Shown here: in pieces, positions 52,454 to 64,000 of the stretch
How positions within the stretch are numbered: position 1 is the first letter of the stretch
How the letters are laid out: every line of letters begins with the position of its first letter
Source of the DNA: Blasia pusilla
Lineage: Eukaryota
Direction: 5' to 3'
Length of the DNA: 64,000 nucleotides
Assembly: GCA_050084515.1 (NCBI GenBank)
Contig: CM114271.1
Coordinates: 46,438,001-46,502,000 of the forward strand
Program-made: the position numbers and the translations under genes
Notes under the pieces: generated by a model
Seen by the model: the letters and a program-made list of their open reading frames with translations, nothing else
The model's database searches: none
What the model was told of the DNA's origin: nothing

Positions 52454-55400
52454 CTACTTACCCTGTGATATACTAGGAAGTGGCTGAGCTGTAGTATTCG
52501 AAAGACCTGGATTAGTGGAGGGTTTAGATGCAACATTACTCGTCTGGTTGACACTAGAAGATTTCGCTGGTTGGGTCTTTGATTGTTGACCAGGTCTTTG
52601 ACCATTCATGATCATCCCAGGCAGAGTTGGAGGAGGTGCTCCTGCACCAGTGCGAATATAGTGAACAATGGCACCAGATGAGCCACGTTGTCCAACATTA
52701 GTGGCATGACCCATTCCTGTTTGATTTGCGTGCCCAGACTTTGTGATGGGAACTCCACCTGGCCCAATGTGCACCACATTGCCTGATTGAGCAGCCTTCA
52801 AGAGAGATGCAGCAGCAGAGTGCGGAGCAATTCTTGCTCCAGCTGCAACAGCTGCTGCCTGCACGCCTGGATCAGGTCCAGTCATCTGCTTCATTAACAT
52901 ACCACGACCACCGATGGAACTTGCATTGTTCCTGGCTCCATACTTTACAGGGACAGAACCATGAACTGATGTTGGTGGTAGTGTGCTTGCCTGCCACATT
53001 TCACTTCCTCCAACAGAAGCAGCTTGCGCTGCAGCAGCACTCATTACAAGAGCCCCAGGTGCTATAAGGCGTCCTGCACCAACACTACTACCACCACTCT
53101 TAGCACCTGCACTCCGACCTTGTCCTACTGCCATGGCTGCCACAGCTGTTGAGGAGCCTGCTGTACTACGTGCAGCCCCCACTGCCTGAGCCTGCCGTTG
53201 TACATTGTTCGTTCCCACTCGTGCTGGCACTCCTCCTGGGCGTACCGGTGGCGTCCCTACCTTCACAGCAACAGTATCCACAGAACTAGAGGTTGTTGCT
53301 GCTCCATTTGCGGTGGTAATGACCCCACTGCTTCCTGGTGAGGTAGTAGAAGATCCGCTCACAAGGAGCCCTTGGGCTTGACTTTGCACTCCAGACGAAG
53401 ATGTCAACGGCACTGTGGTGGTGCTTGCAGCCACAGCTGAATTCCCAGCTGCAGTAGGAGGCAAAGTCAGTGGAGGAACACTGGTCCAAGAATTTCCTCC
53501 TTTTACAGCAGGGGTTTTTTCCTCTGCAGGAGGACTTAATTGACCTGGCAGTACACCACTCCCTTGTCCAGTTGCAGGAGCTTTAGAGCTGCTCCCAGGG
53601 GTAAGCTTGTTTGCCGCAGCTGCTTGTACTTCTCTTCGCTTCCGGATCAGTGCCCACCTCTGCAAAAAAAATCAGTCATGAACTATTCCAGGAAACAAAA
53701 CACAGAAGTCCTCACAGAAAGAACTCAACTGAGTTCCAGTGCCAGATGTGTAGTATACATAGTTTTCAATGTCAAAAAATACAAGATGTACTGTTCAAAC
53801 TTAGTGGAGATTCGACAGATTTGCCTAATTTAAAGAACGTATAACAGACATTCCAGCTGAACTTTCACCTTCGTTTTAAGTTACCAACAAGAAATCATTG
53901 AAACTACCGACGGCATACCCAGGCTGATGCTATGTCGGAGTATGCAGCGGAGTATGCATGTGTCATGTTCAACCACATCCATTTCTCACCTTGATGAAAA
54001 AAGGGACACCAACACCTTGGTGGACTCAATCTACACAAGTTCTTAACTTTGATGCACGAAACAAATTTGGGCAAACTCAATCCTTCTGTATTTGGTCACA
54101 CTCAGAGGAGGAGAATCAAAACTTAACATGGGTTACCTGTGAAAGTTGTGCAGCAGTTCGATCATGTGTGAAAGCACCTTTGAGAATATTGGTCCAGTTG
54201 CCCTCACCACATTTCTCAACAGCTGCAATTAACTCCTGATCTTCCTCTGGTGTCCAAAGCTTTCTCTTCTTCCTCTCTGATTGACCTACTGCCATCCGCA
54301 AATTTGCACCTGAAGGAGATTCTGGTGCAGCACTAGAAACTTGGTTCCCATTTCCAGAGGGCAGGCTACTTGTATTAGTATCTGACACAGAGCCATTTGC
54401 AGTCACTGAAGCTCCCTTAGAAATTACATCCGTGGCACTAGCAGATAAACCTGAGGATGCAGGGGCCTGTTCAACCAAAGTTCAAAAATGCCTGCAGTCA
54501 ACGCCTGCCACAGCCCCAGACCAAATAAGCCTCACGTTGCCAGAAAGGAGGCAGTACGTCTCACATAATTGCTAGACCCTTTATGATGAAGCTAATGCCT
54601 TGTCCAGAAGAGTAAGTGCTCAAATAAGACAGAGCAGTTAAGGCCGTCAACTTCAAGTTGAGAAACCCATCTTTTTCAAGTTGAGGCCGTCGACTTCAAG
54701 TTGAAAAACCCAAAGATCTCTAAACCCATCCCCAACTGTCCTGTCTTGTTGCACTACACACAAGTAGTGACAACAAGATCCATTGTGTTGACCATACAGG
54801 GTAGACATCAAGACAAAAGCCCCCCTACTGTCATTATTTGAACAACTAGCTCTCCAAGATCATAACTTGCAATGAGATTTCCAAAACCTTTTAGACCTGA
54901 CCAAATTTATAATTACAGCCCTCCTTTCCAGTGCATTCCAGAGATTTCCTACAAGAAATAAATGCTAAAACACTTCCACTCCTCACAATCATACTTACCG
55001 GCCATGAGAGTAAGCGAGAAGCTTGACATTTCCGAAACAGTAGATGTTCAAAAGCCTTTACAGTTCATCCATCCATACTAGCCTAAAGGAGATGAACCTA
55101 ATAGTGTGACCATGAAAATAGCTTTACAAACCTGATTAACAACTGCTGGGACAGCATCAGTATCTTTGGGTTTCAACCTTGACAACAATTCCACCTTCCT
55201 CTTGCCGCTAATACCATGTCGCTGCATATCTGCCTAAAGTTCACCCAACACTATAATATTTGAGCATTCATGAGGTATAAAAGCTGCACAAGTACCGGTA
55301 AAAGAGGATATAGCAATGACCCACCACATGGACAGAAAAACATCAATAACTAAAACCAATTGTACAAATACTTAAAATGCTTACAGACTAGCAACTTAAG

Positions 55401-56689
55401 GTGTACGACAGTGACTAGCACAAGGCCAACCCACTACACTAAAAGGGATCAGCGTTGTTTAACAAGATCAAAAGCATTCTGGACATTAAATTCTCCTCAA
55501 GATACAATATTTGACACGGCGTCGACTGCTGGAAAGAGTCAAACGTAGGGAATTATTTCTTCACTCGGCACTCAAGACTTGATGACCTAGTGCAATATTC
55601 AAGAGAGGAGATTTCCTGCGCCAGACTAAGCCCCAACGACTCATCCCTCAGTTTCGTTCGGACACAAATTTCAGATCAATACAGCCAATATTTTTCCGTT
55701 TCCAATGTGAAGGAAATGACAACAATCTTCGGTCTAGGACTGGTCAACAAAAAATCGCTAGGCCTAGCTTCACAAGACTGTTACAGAGGAGACACCTTCA
55801 CCCACACCACAGCCTCGTTGGTGAGCTCAGAGCTGACAACGGGAGTAGCCTCGAGCTCGAACTCCAAATCGCTACCATCATCCTGATACCATGTGTCTAA
55901 GTTAAAGCACAGAATTGAGAATTGAAACATTGGTTGAGGATCTGAAAAAACAACTTTGCAGGAGACAATTTGGCTACTAGCGTTTCGAAACGAACCAAAG
56001 TTACAGCTCAGCTCCAAAAGCTAACTCAGAAAAATTCAACTCGACTGTATTACATACCAACGGCTCGGTATCCTCCTCATAACTGTCCTCCAATTCTGCA
56101 CGGTAGGCGATATGTCTCCACAGAGCTTGATACTCTCGGGCAGAGTTGATACCGGTATTGGACTTTCTCACAAGAGCATTCCAATCAAGCCTCGAGCTAT
56201 CACATTTTGCGATTTCTCGTATAAGTCCCATCACTGTCACCGCGCTGTATCTGCGACCAAGAATGAACGAAGAAAATTTATAGCTCTCTGCCATGCTCCT
56301 TCAAGCGAGAAGCTTGTTAAAGCAGCACTCCGATTCAGACGGCGAGATCAACGGGTAAGTACTTATGGCTTCCACGCAGTTCATCCACAAGACATCTACT
56401 ATTCCTTAAGCCAGCAACCATCCCTCTCATTCTACCCCACTGAAACCCTCCATCCGGGGGCATCTGAAAACCAGTCAGCTGGAAAAAATCGCTCGACACC
56501 TCTACACCACAAAGGAAGCCCTCGCATTGCCAGAAATTTCCAATTCCAAAATTCCAAAATCCGAAAAGTACACAGGTCCTGCGCAAATGAAACAAAACAT
56601 TCGCACATCACCAGAAGAAGCAAGACTGGCCAAAACCTGCGCAGAATTTGTCCGATGTCCAGCTCCGACAGCGAGCCCTTCTTCCCCAT
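52454..56689 (-). CDS. DRMY1: DRMY1-like Myb/SANT-domain protein with a long Ser/Ala/Gly-rich C-terminus
   Basis: Exons 56689-56637 (MGKKGSLSELDIGQILR), 56250-56058 (RYS...LDWNALVRKSNTGINSAREYQALWRHIAY), 55882-55796 (DDGSDLEFELEATP), 55233-55132, 54466-54137 (KKRKLWTPEEDQELIAAVEKCGEGNW...DRTAAQLSQ), 53659-52454 (RWALIRKR...VQAAAVAAGARIA...AASLLKAAQSGNVVHI). All junctions are GT-AG and in frame. Motifs match the Arabidopsis DRMY1/DP1 family as I recall it. The 3' end is uncertain because a GTAAGT donor overlaps the stop. Confidence 0.85.
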
Positions 56690-56699
56690 AGGCAGCGAT

Positions 56700-57500
56700 C
56701 GATCGCGCTCCACAAATTGAACGACAACGCCTCGCTCACCCGCTCCCCCTCGATCGCTCTGAGACTCAGATACGGTGATCGACCCGAGCGTCGCAGCCAG
56801 GCTTCCCCGGTTTCCGTCTGTCTGGCTTGGCCGAACTTACCGGGACTCCAGAGAGATGTCCGAACCTGCAGGACACTGGTGGTTCGGCCGGCGGGACTGG
56901 GGGCTTGCGCTTGCTTGTGTATGTCTTCAAGAACCATTTAGCCGTAGCCCTTACGGTAAGGCGCATGTGCCTATGGGCAGATGTTTTATGGGAGGGATTC
57001 GGAACCGGGCAACTAGCGTACAAACCCGGCAAGACTACGAATACGAGAGGGACGGGGACGGGGACGGGGACGGGGACGGGGACGGGAATATCTTTGTGGG
57101 AAGGATTTGAAACCGGGAAGGGCAGCCAGCGTGGAAAGCGACCGATACGAGCGGCAGCCCTTCCGGGAACGGGATGTATGTGCGGGCAGCTCTTTTATGG
57201 GAAGTATTTTTGGGACCGTATGGGCAGGTTTGTACGCTTGTGGGTCGTATACTCTTTTGGAAACTGATAGGGGGGCTAAAACGAAACGGCGCGGGGGAAC
57301 AGACGGAACTGTTCACGGAAACGCTTCACTCCGTCGGCGGCCGTTCCCTTTCGTAGTTCTACAACGTCGGCTGCTCACTGGAGTCTCCGTCCAGATTAGC
57401 CGTTCCCCCATTCAGCTTCCTTTCGCTCAATCACTCGCTCGTTTTTCTTGGGAAAAGTGCTTCGGCGCATCTTCGCTGTCCGGCGTTTGACGAGCTGCCG
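56700..57500. promoter_or_regulatory. GC/CpG-rich divergent promoter and 5' UTR region with a (GGGGAC)n tract at 57049-57086
   Basis: Lies between the head-to-head starts at 56689 (-) and 57933 (+); CpG-rich compared with the flanking repeats. Confidence 0.5.
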
Positions 57501-57932
57501 AGCATTCCGGTAGATTTTAGATCTAAGGTGCGTAATTTTTTTCGTTTGAGTCGGCATTCATTGACACCTCTTCGTTTGACGATCTTGTGGGGATGCAGAC
57601 GTTACCGGGGATTTCTGGAAACCCTGTCGTCCTCTGTCGTTTCAATCTTTTGGTTTGGGGACAGAGTCGAATTTATGATGTGAAGTAGATGGAGGAGCGG
57701 TTGTGTCCATTAAATCTGCAAGTGGCTAGAAAAGGAAAATTGTGCGGTAGAGAGCACTTGGACACATTCCTGGACACTGGCTCGTGTTTGACCACAACGT
57801 ATAGGCAGAGTAATGTCTGCGAAATGGTTTCAGACATCCTCATCCCACAAGGCGATCGTAAGGAAAGTGAACTAAGCAGGAAATCCTAACAAGTCCTGAC
57901 ATGTTTCTTGGAGCTGTATTTCCGAAGGAGTT

Positions 57933-58319
57933 ATGGCTGAGCCAAGCTCTCTTCAGTTGGATCAACAAAGGGAGAAGGAACGATCGGAAGCAGCTAAACT
58001 GAAAGCTGTGGAGGTTGCACAGGCCAAAGAAGCCGCCGCAGCAGCTTCAGAAGAAGCAAGACAGAACAAGGAAAACGCCGCTCTGGAAAAGGCACAGGCC
58101 GAGAAAGCAGCTGCCGCCAAAGCCGCATTAGATAGAGGTGCAGTGAAAGAAAAACAAGCCGAGGCCGCGGCAGCAAGGAGGGCTGCCGCAGACAAGGCCA
58201 GGGACGAGGCCGCGAACAAGATCAAAGAAGAAAGAGCTGCTAAAGAAACGAGAGCACAAGGAGGTGCAGCGGTGCAAGCGAGGAAGGCCGGTAGGGAGAA
58301 AACAAGCGGGAAACCCTGA
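57933..58319 (+). CDS. Small Ala/Lys/Glu-rich helical protein, 128 aa, function unknown (LEA-like or single-alpha-helix composition)
   Basis: ATG in good context (GTTATGG), strongly biased coding-like composition, and a probable 5' UTR intron 57528-57927 (AAG|GTGCGT ... CCGAAG|GAG). Confidence 0.65.
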   Translation: MAEPSSLQLDQQREKERSEAAKLKAVEVAQAKEAAAAASEEARQNKENAALEKAQAEKAAAAKAALDRGAVKEKQAEAAAARRAAADKARDEAANKIKEERAAKETRAQGGAAVQARKAGREKTSGKP

Positions 58320-59774
58320 AAAAGTGATTCTCGTAAGGAGCTAGCCTCTCCGAATATCTCGCGTCGTGTAGCGTTGAAACAGGACTCTCCGTCTGTCCTC
58401 AACATCAGCGCTGGATCTCGATTTCTCCTCGTAAAGTAGAAATTTAATGGCAGTCCGTACTACTAAAAATATCTCCGAGGACGGGATATATTAGGGATTA
58501 CACTTTCTACGGGACATTCTCCAACGACGTGCTCTAAGTTTTCCACGCAGAACCTGGCAACGGGTGATTGCAAAAGTTCGAAGTCTTGGAACTGCTGTCG
58601 CGCAGACAAAGTATGGCATCATAACTATCCTGTCCCTACCTGAGCAAGAAAGGAAGTAGCGAATAATTATCTCTCGATCATGATTCGCTAGTGGACTTTA
58701 GATATGCTTGGTAGCGGTCGCACTGCAGATCTTTTGAAACGCCGAGCGCATACTTAGACTTCAAGGAAATACAGAGCTGGAATAAAAGCAACCGAGCCTG
58801 TCACTCACAGGTTGATTATATTCATTCATTCATTCTTTGTATTCAGGTACCGATCTTTGGAACACCGAAGATATAGATCGTAGCCTTCAGGTAAGAAGCC
58901 TGCCAGTGGCAGGTCGATTGTATTCAGGTGGCATGTGGCACCATCACAAAGCACGCTTGGGTTTCGAGAAACCAAAAGCGCTGCCCGAATTGTAGTCCAA
59001 GTCAGGAGCACAGGAATCTATGCCCAGTGTGCACCGACGACACAATCACTCTCTGAAGGTATGATTTAGCTGGGATCTATGGGCTCAGATCGACTCGGAC
59101 AACGGATCTCTCAAATGTATCGAGGACCTCGCTTATATTCTGTCAGATCTTGGGTTTCGGATTCTACTTTTTGATTTTTCAAAGCCATTGCAGAGATTCA
59201 GTGAAATGGTGTCAGCAGGGTTTAGGGTAGCCGGAGAATGCAAGGAGTCGCCACAACATTATGGAACGACCATGTGTCCAACTTTCCCGATCACATGAAT
59301 TTCCTGAGATAATATGTTGTAGCAGCCAATCAATGTGATGCTCAAGTTTTAAAAATGCGTGAGAAAAACGTTTTGATGGATGCATGGCGATCACATGCAA
59401 CTTGAAGCGCATGCTGATTATTCTTGTTTGCCGTGTTGGAAGTTATGGTCATTGTTGGACGAAATACCGCATATAACCAACATTCTACAAATTTATGATA
59501 AATATTTTAGGGAATAATGATTAACTAGTAAAAATGTGTATGTGATACTAGTGAACAATCATTCAATTTATGAGATGAAGGGTGCCTTTGGTTGTTTTGC
59601 ACATTTATTTTATTATTGGAGAGTGTCATCTTAATTTGAAACACCTCTATGCTTGACACGCAACAACCGAGGAACAAGAAAATATTTCTTATTCTGCGAG
59701 CAGCAAGAAAATGTTTCCTAGTCTCTACACTACTATGCATGGCACAAGCTACACACCAGTCTTTTTTTATACAA

Positions 59775-61335
59775 CACTACTTTGCAAATATTTAATAAGT
59801 GAAGGTCTTATGAGTGTCTTGTGAAGACGTTTTCGGATCTTTGCAACAACACTATTCCTTACAAGTGGAATTTTTTTGTGTGAATAATTTACAAGTGTTT
59901 TATTTGCGAGTCCTTAGAGCCACAATCCTCTTGCAAAAGACTCTTGGGAGTCTAAATTGGTTATCACTTGAAAATAGATTTTTTTTGTCAGTGTGTTATT
60001 ATAAGCGCAATGTACTTGCAAACATGACCTCTACATTCATGGCCAACTCAAAAAAATGAAAAGTTGTTTAATATTCCCCCTCCCAAATGCCTCCTCATTT
60101 TCCACCTTTTCAACTAGTAGTTGTCGGGTTGTTATGCCTCTTATAAATCATTTCTAATTGTAGACTGCAACAAACCCTTTTTAGTTTTTTTTCCTCTACA
60201 TTTTCTACTTATGCGAGTTGGAGAATGAGGGGGGGGAGGAGGGACACGGATGGGGGCAAAATTTAGGAGGGTGTGAAGAAGGCATGTTCCCGAGCCTAGG
60301 ATTGAGGACTAGCCCAACTATTAACAATGTTAATGGCAAGAAGACACACAAGCAAGTGCTTGCAAACGGAAACTTACTCTCAACCTTGATACGTTAGCGA
60401 ATCACTCCCAATGTCCTTCATTCTTACAATTTCCAAGTTATTTATGTTTGGGAAACTAACATTAATTTGTATATTTAGGTCGCATGATATGCTACACCTG
60501 CATACAAGATTGCACGAGGACAAAGTTTGTATCCGAGGACTTATGTTTGTCCTAGCAACGAACATGTCCAAGTTGGAAGTGTTTCCCATATCCTGCCATC
60601 GGATGGGAATGACGCACTTGGGTCCACCGTCAATTGGATAGTGTGACTTTGTCTCAAGGTCGTGGCAAGAATCATCTCTACAAGGCCATAAATAGGAATA
60701 CAAGTGATAGAGCCATCTGCATCTACAATAGATGCATGTCCATCTTGACGATTGTGTTGTACACTAGGTCCATGCTAGCCTCATAGGATAAGTCGTAAAT
60801 TCTACGAACTTGAAATTCTTTATTGCACCAATTTTTATACATAGGATGTTATCCAACTTTTGATCTCATTTTTTGTGATGAAATGTTGATAATTGTCCCA
60901 TCAAAATCATTTGTGCTTTAAACGTTCCCAAAGACCACTTAATTTCCCATTTACAAACTACATTTGCATGTACTTTACGACTCCTATGTGAATATGCACT
61001 CATATTTTATTGCACTTTTGCAAGTACTGGGAGCCGTAAATTACAAGCAATACACTCTCAAAATTTTTAGTGAGACACTTACAATTTTGTGTTTGGGACT
61101 TGTAGTTTTGCGTGTATCTAGCCAGTACTTTTAGTCCATTTTATAAATGGTTTATGAGTCTCCTACTAAGTGTAAGAAAATTAAAGGACCTTTTACTCTC
61201 TAATTATGGATTCAAAACACTTTTTTGTGAACGTGTTGCAATTGGTCCACTTGCAAATTTCAGAGTGTATTGCAAGTAATCTACTAGTATGCTACATCTC
61301 TCGAGACTTGAAAAAGGGATCCATTTCTAGTAGTG
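59775..61335. mobile_element. Possible decayed CACTA element
   Basis: Starts CACTACTTTG and ends TTCTAGTAGTG; repeated TTGCAA subterminal motifs at both ends; degenerate ORF 60380-60703 inside. The 3-bp flanks CAA/AAA match imperfectly. Confidence 0.35.
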
Positions 61336-61379
61336 AAATGACTACTGGCATGACAAAAACTTAGCTTCCAATCTTACAC

Positions 61380-61600
61380 TTTTTTTGAAGGATCAGAATT
61401 TTCTCCTAAATATATTCTAAAATATGACAAGCATGCTCAACACTTGGGCTTTGAAGCAAAATCTATTAACACTTAAGAAGAAAGAGCTAGATGGAAACAT
61501 AGAGAAAAGTGAATTTGGCTTGAGCAAGATCAAGTTATTGGGTCATGTGATTAATGCAAGTCGAATTAGTCCTAACACGGACAAGCATGCTACATTATGA
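61380..61600 (+). mobile_element. Ty3/gypsy reverse-transcriptase fragment
   Basis: KHAQHL ... NIEKSEFGLSKIKLLGHVINASRISP resembles the gypsy N.EKC.F...FLGHV.S..GI.P motif. Confidence 0.6.
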
Positions 61601-61962
61601 TATGTTCGAAAAACACAACATGCCTTTCTTGTATTTGTATTATGTTGGAAAAATATGACACATGACATCTTGTATTTTTATTTTTATTATAGTCATTTCT
61701 ATGAGACACGTGTTATATAAGATGAATTGGAGAGATCCAAGCTTCACAACTCTGTTTTCTCCATGGACCATTGATAATATCCAACAATTTGATCATCAGA
61801 AAAAGATCTCCATGCATTGAAATGTAAAAAAAAATTTGATTATGTTGATGTCTGATGGCAAAATGGTCAAAATGCAATTCTCATTGATTCCCCAATGCCA
61901 ACAGTTCTAGGAGGAGAATGAGCTTTGGAGCTCAATCTCTCTTCTAAAATCTCTCATACAAA

Positions 61963-61967
<5 letters not shown>

Positions 61968-62048
<81 letters not shown>
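61968..62048. repeat. (CT)n microsatellite, about 40 units
   Basis: Directly visible. Confidence 0.97.
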
Positions 62049-62049
<1 letters not shown>

Positions 62050-62829
62050 GTCAAACCAAACCTATTTTACTAATGAGAGGTTTGGGTTACTTAGTATGTA
62101 TAAGGCAAGAAGGATCATAGGTCTGCTACCTCATGCTAAGAGATTCAACAAAGACAGAATGAGTTCCAAAGCTCCCTCTCTTTAAACCTTAGAAGATCGA
62201 GGATGGCCTATTGAGGCTTTGGGTAATTTAAGAGAGGAGGTTTCCCCTTCGTTTCGGCTCATTTGAAGCTATTTAGAAAAACTTTTTATTTTGGGTAAGT
62301 TTCAATTAAAAGTATAGTTGAATTTCCAATTTGGGAAGTGGCCATTGACCCACTATAGTAGCTCACGAGCCAATGACATGACTAGTGAGTATAGGTTATC
62401 ATGGAAAGATTTTGGATGAGGAAAGGGGGTATATTGTCGAAGCCTTCTACCATACTTGTCAATTTATCCTATAAGGTGTGATAGTTGTTGTGAGCAACGC
62501 AACATACATGGCTATACCATATCGCTTCACAACATACATCATTATAATCAAATACAAAGATAAACACAAGAGATACCATAGTCACTCGTGGCATCTAAAC
62601 ATCAAGACGATTGTGTACCAAAATATCTCCAATCACGCCACCCTCCCCCCCTCCCCTCCCCTCTAACTAGTGATTAGATTCCTCTAACTCCATATAGTCA
62701 TCTATCCCTACCTCCTATGAAATACATCACTAAGAGCAAAAAGTTTGGATGCTCATTTAGCCCCATCGTTAGTCACCTTCTTGCTATCCACACCAGCGAC
62801 GCAAGTCGAGATCTATCACTAACTAGTAT

Positions 62830-63190
62830 GTACTCTATTTACATATGGGGCACATTCATCATCCTTGAGGAGCCCTAATGAGAGGTGGAGTCAAACATGC
62901 TATGTGTCACCCTTTTGAACATCCATCACACAGTAGCGTAGTGGTTGCATCGCGGGTAGATCCACAAAACATACAATATAAAACTGCAAGAGCTAATGCT
63001 ATGCTTAGATCAATTGTACCATCAATGTTTGGAAGGTTAGATCGTGCGCAATTTTGCACATTGTCCTTCCAAACCATGTCATCACGTCTCTCCAACAAGA
63101 GGATATCGGATGGCAACACCTCACACACTCTCAGGATGGTGCATCCTATTGTCACATCCAACGTTGTGAGTGCCCTCTACTACAAGTAGA
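62830..63190 (-). mobile_element. Relic of a gypsy pol C-terminus carrying a PHD finger; second partial copy at 63880-64000
   Basis: ILRVCEVLPSDILLLE...NCARSNLPNIDGTID...CMFCGSTRDATTTLLCDGCSKG*HIACLTPPL is a PHD finger with one in-frame stop; flanked by LTR-like repeats. Confidence 0.65.
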
Positions 63191-64000
63191 CTTAGCTCCC
63201 TTTACCCTAAGAGAGGGAGCTTTGGAGTTCATTATCTCTTAGTTGAACCTCTTGGCAAGAGGCAGCGGAGTTATGGTCCTCCTTGCCTTGTGAGTAATCC
63301 AAACCTTTGATTAGGAGAGTAGATTCAATTTTACATGAGAGAGAGAGATGGAGTTTTTATGAGAGCTTTTGAGCAATCTTGATTTACAAAGAGAGAATAA
63401 GCCCAAAATCTCCCTCTCCTTAGATCTACCCCCTTCCTTCTCCCAAGCTCTTTACATAATAATATATGCTTGCAGGTCATCTCCTTGGCTCTTGATTTGT
63501 TGTAGAGGGTCAAGGGCCACTTCCCTAAGTAGAGAGTCAACTATACTCCTAATAGAAACTTACCTAAAATAGTAAGTTCATATATAGCTCCAAATGAGCC
63601 AAAACAAAGGTGAAACCTTATGCCTTAGTAGATCATCCTTGACCTCTTGAGGTTGTCCTCTAATCTCATTAAAGGAACTCTACCTCAACTGGTTGATCTA
63701 TCCTAAAAGATGTAATACTACTCGTCTTAAAATAGCAAGCCAAAACTAAGTAGAGAGAGGCAATTAAATGACTAAATTTGCCTTACTAGTTTGTTTGCCC
63801 TCAACATAAGATAGTTGCTCACCATTGGAAGCAAATCGAACGAATTTCATGGTATGAGTCCTAAAATGGAGTTATGCACATAGTCCTTCCAAACCATACT
63901 ATCATGCCCCTCTAACAAGAGAACTCCAAATGGAAAAAACTCGCATACACTCCGAATGGTGCTCCATTTTGTCATATTCAAAGCTATTGGCATCTATTTG

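Noticed and set aside
54640..54712. About 43-bp imperfect tandem duplication in a DRMY1-like intron, and a 20-bp duplication at 33330-33369
   Set aside because: Ordinary slippage or repair duplications with no evidence of function.
56112..56720. 202-aa plus-strand ORF
   Set aside because: Antisense to DRMY1-like exons 1-2 and intron 1; no domain features.
57962..58405. 147-aa minus-strand Ala/Leu/Ser-rich ORF
   Set aside because: Mirror frame of the Ala/Lys/Glu-rich plus-strand ORF, with a non-ATG start.

Overview
Eukaryotic nuclear DNA from a land plant, inferred to be a flagellate-sperm lineage such as a bryophyte because it carries an intact intraflagellar-transport gene. Four protein-coding genes are supported: (1) an intronless-CDS DUF641 / IRKI-GIL1-family gene (-, 2769-4121); (2) a 49-exon IFT172 (+, 21343-51449, about 1775 aa by my manual exon sum); (3) a DRMY1-like single-Myb gene (-, about 52454-56689) convergent with IFT172; (4) a small Ala/Lys/Glu-rich ORF (+, 57933-58319) divergent from it. 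An intact tRNA-Leu(CAG) lies in IFT172 intron 15. The intergenic blocks (1-1.5 kb, 6.3-20.8 kb, 59.5-64 kb) are AT-rich decayed transposons: a dead Ty1/copia containing a gypsy-type solo LTR, CRE-like restriction-endonuclease LINE relics, a hAT MITE, a tRNA-derived SINE, a PHD-finger gypsy relic and a possible CACTA. IFT172 intron 22 holds a multi-layer nest: an old LINE contains a solo LTR, which contains a younger LINE in a CT tract and an inverted same-family solo LTR, creating long inverted repeats in the pre-mRNA. I found no CRISPR or prokaryote-type system. All assignments come from reading the sequence and remembered family motifs; no searches were run.
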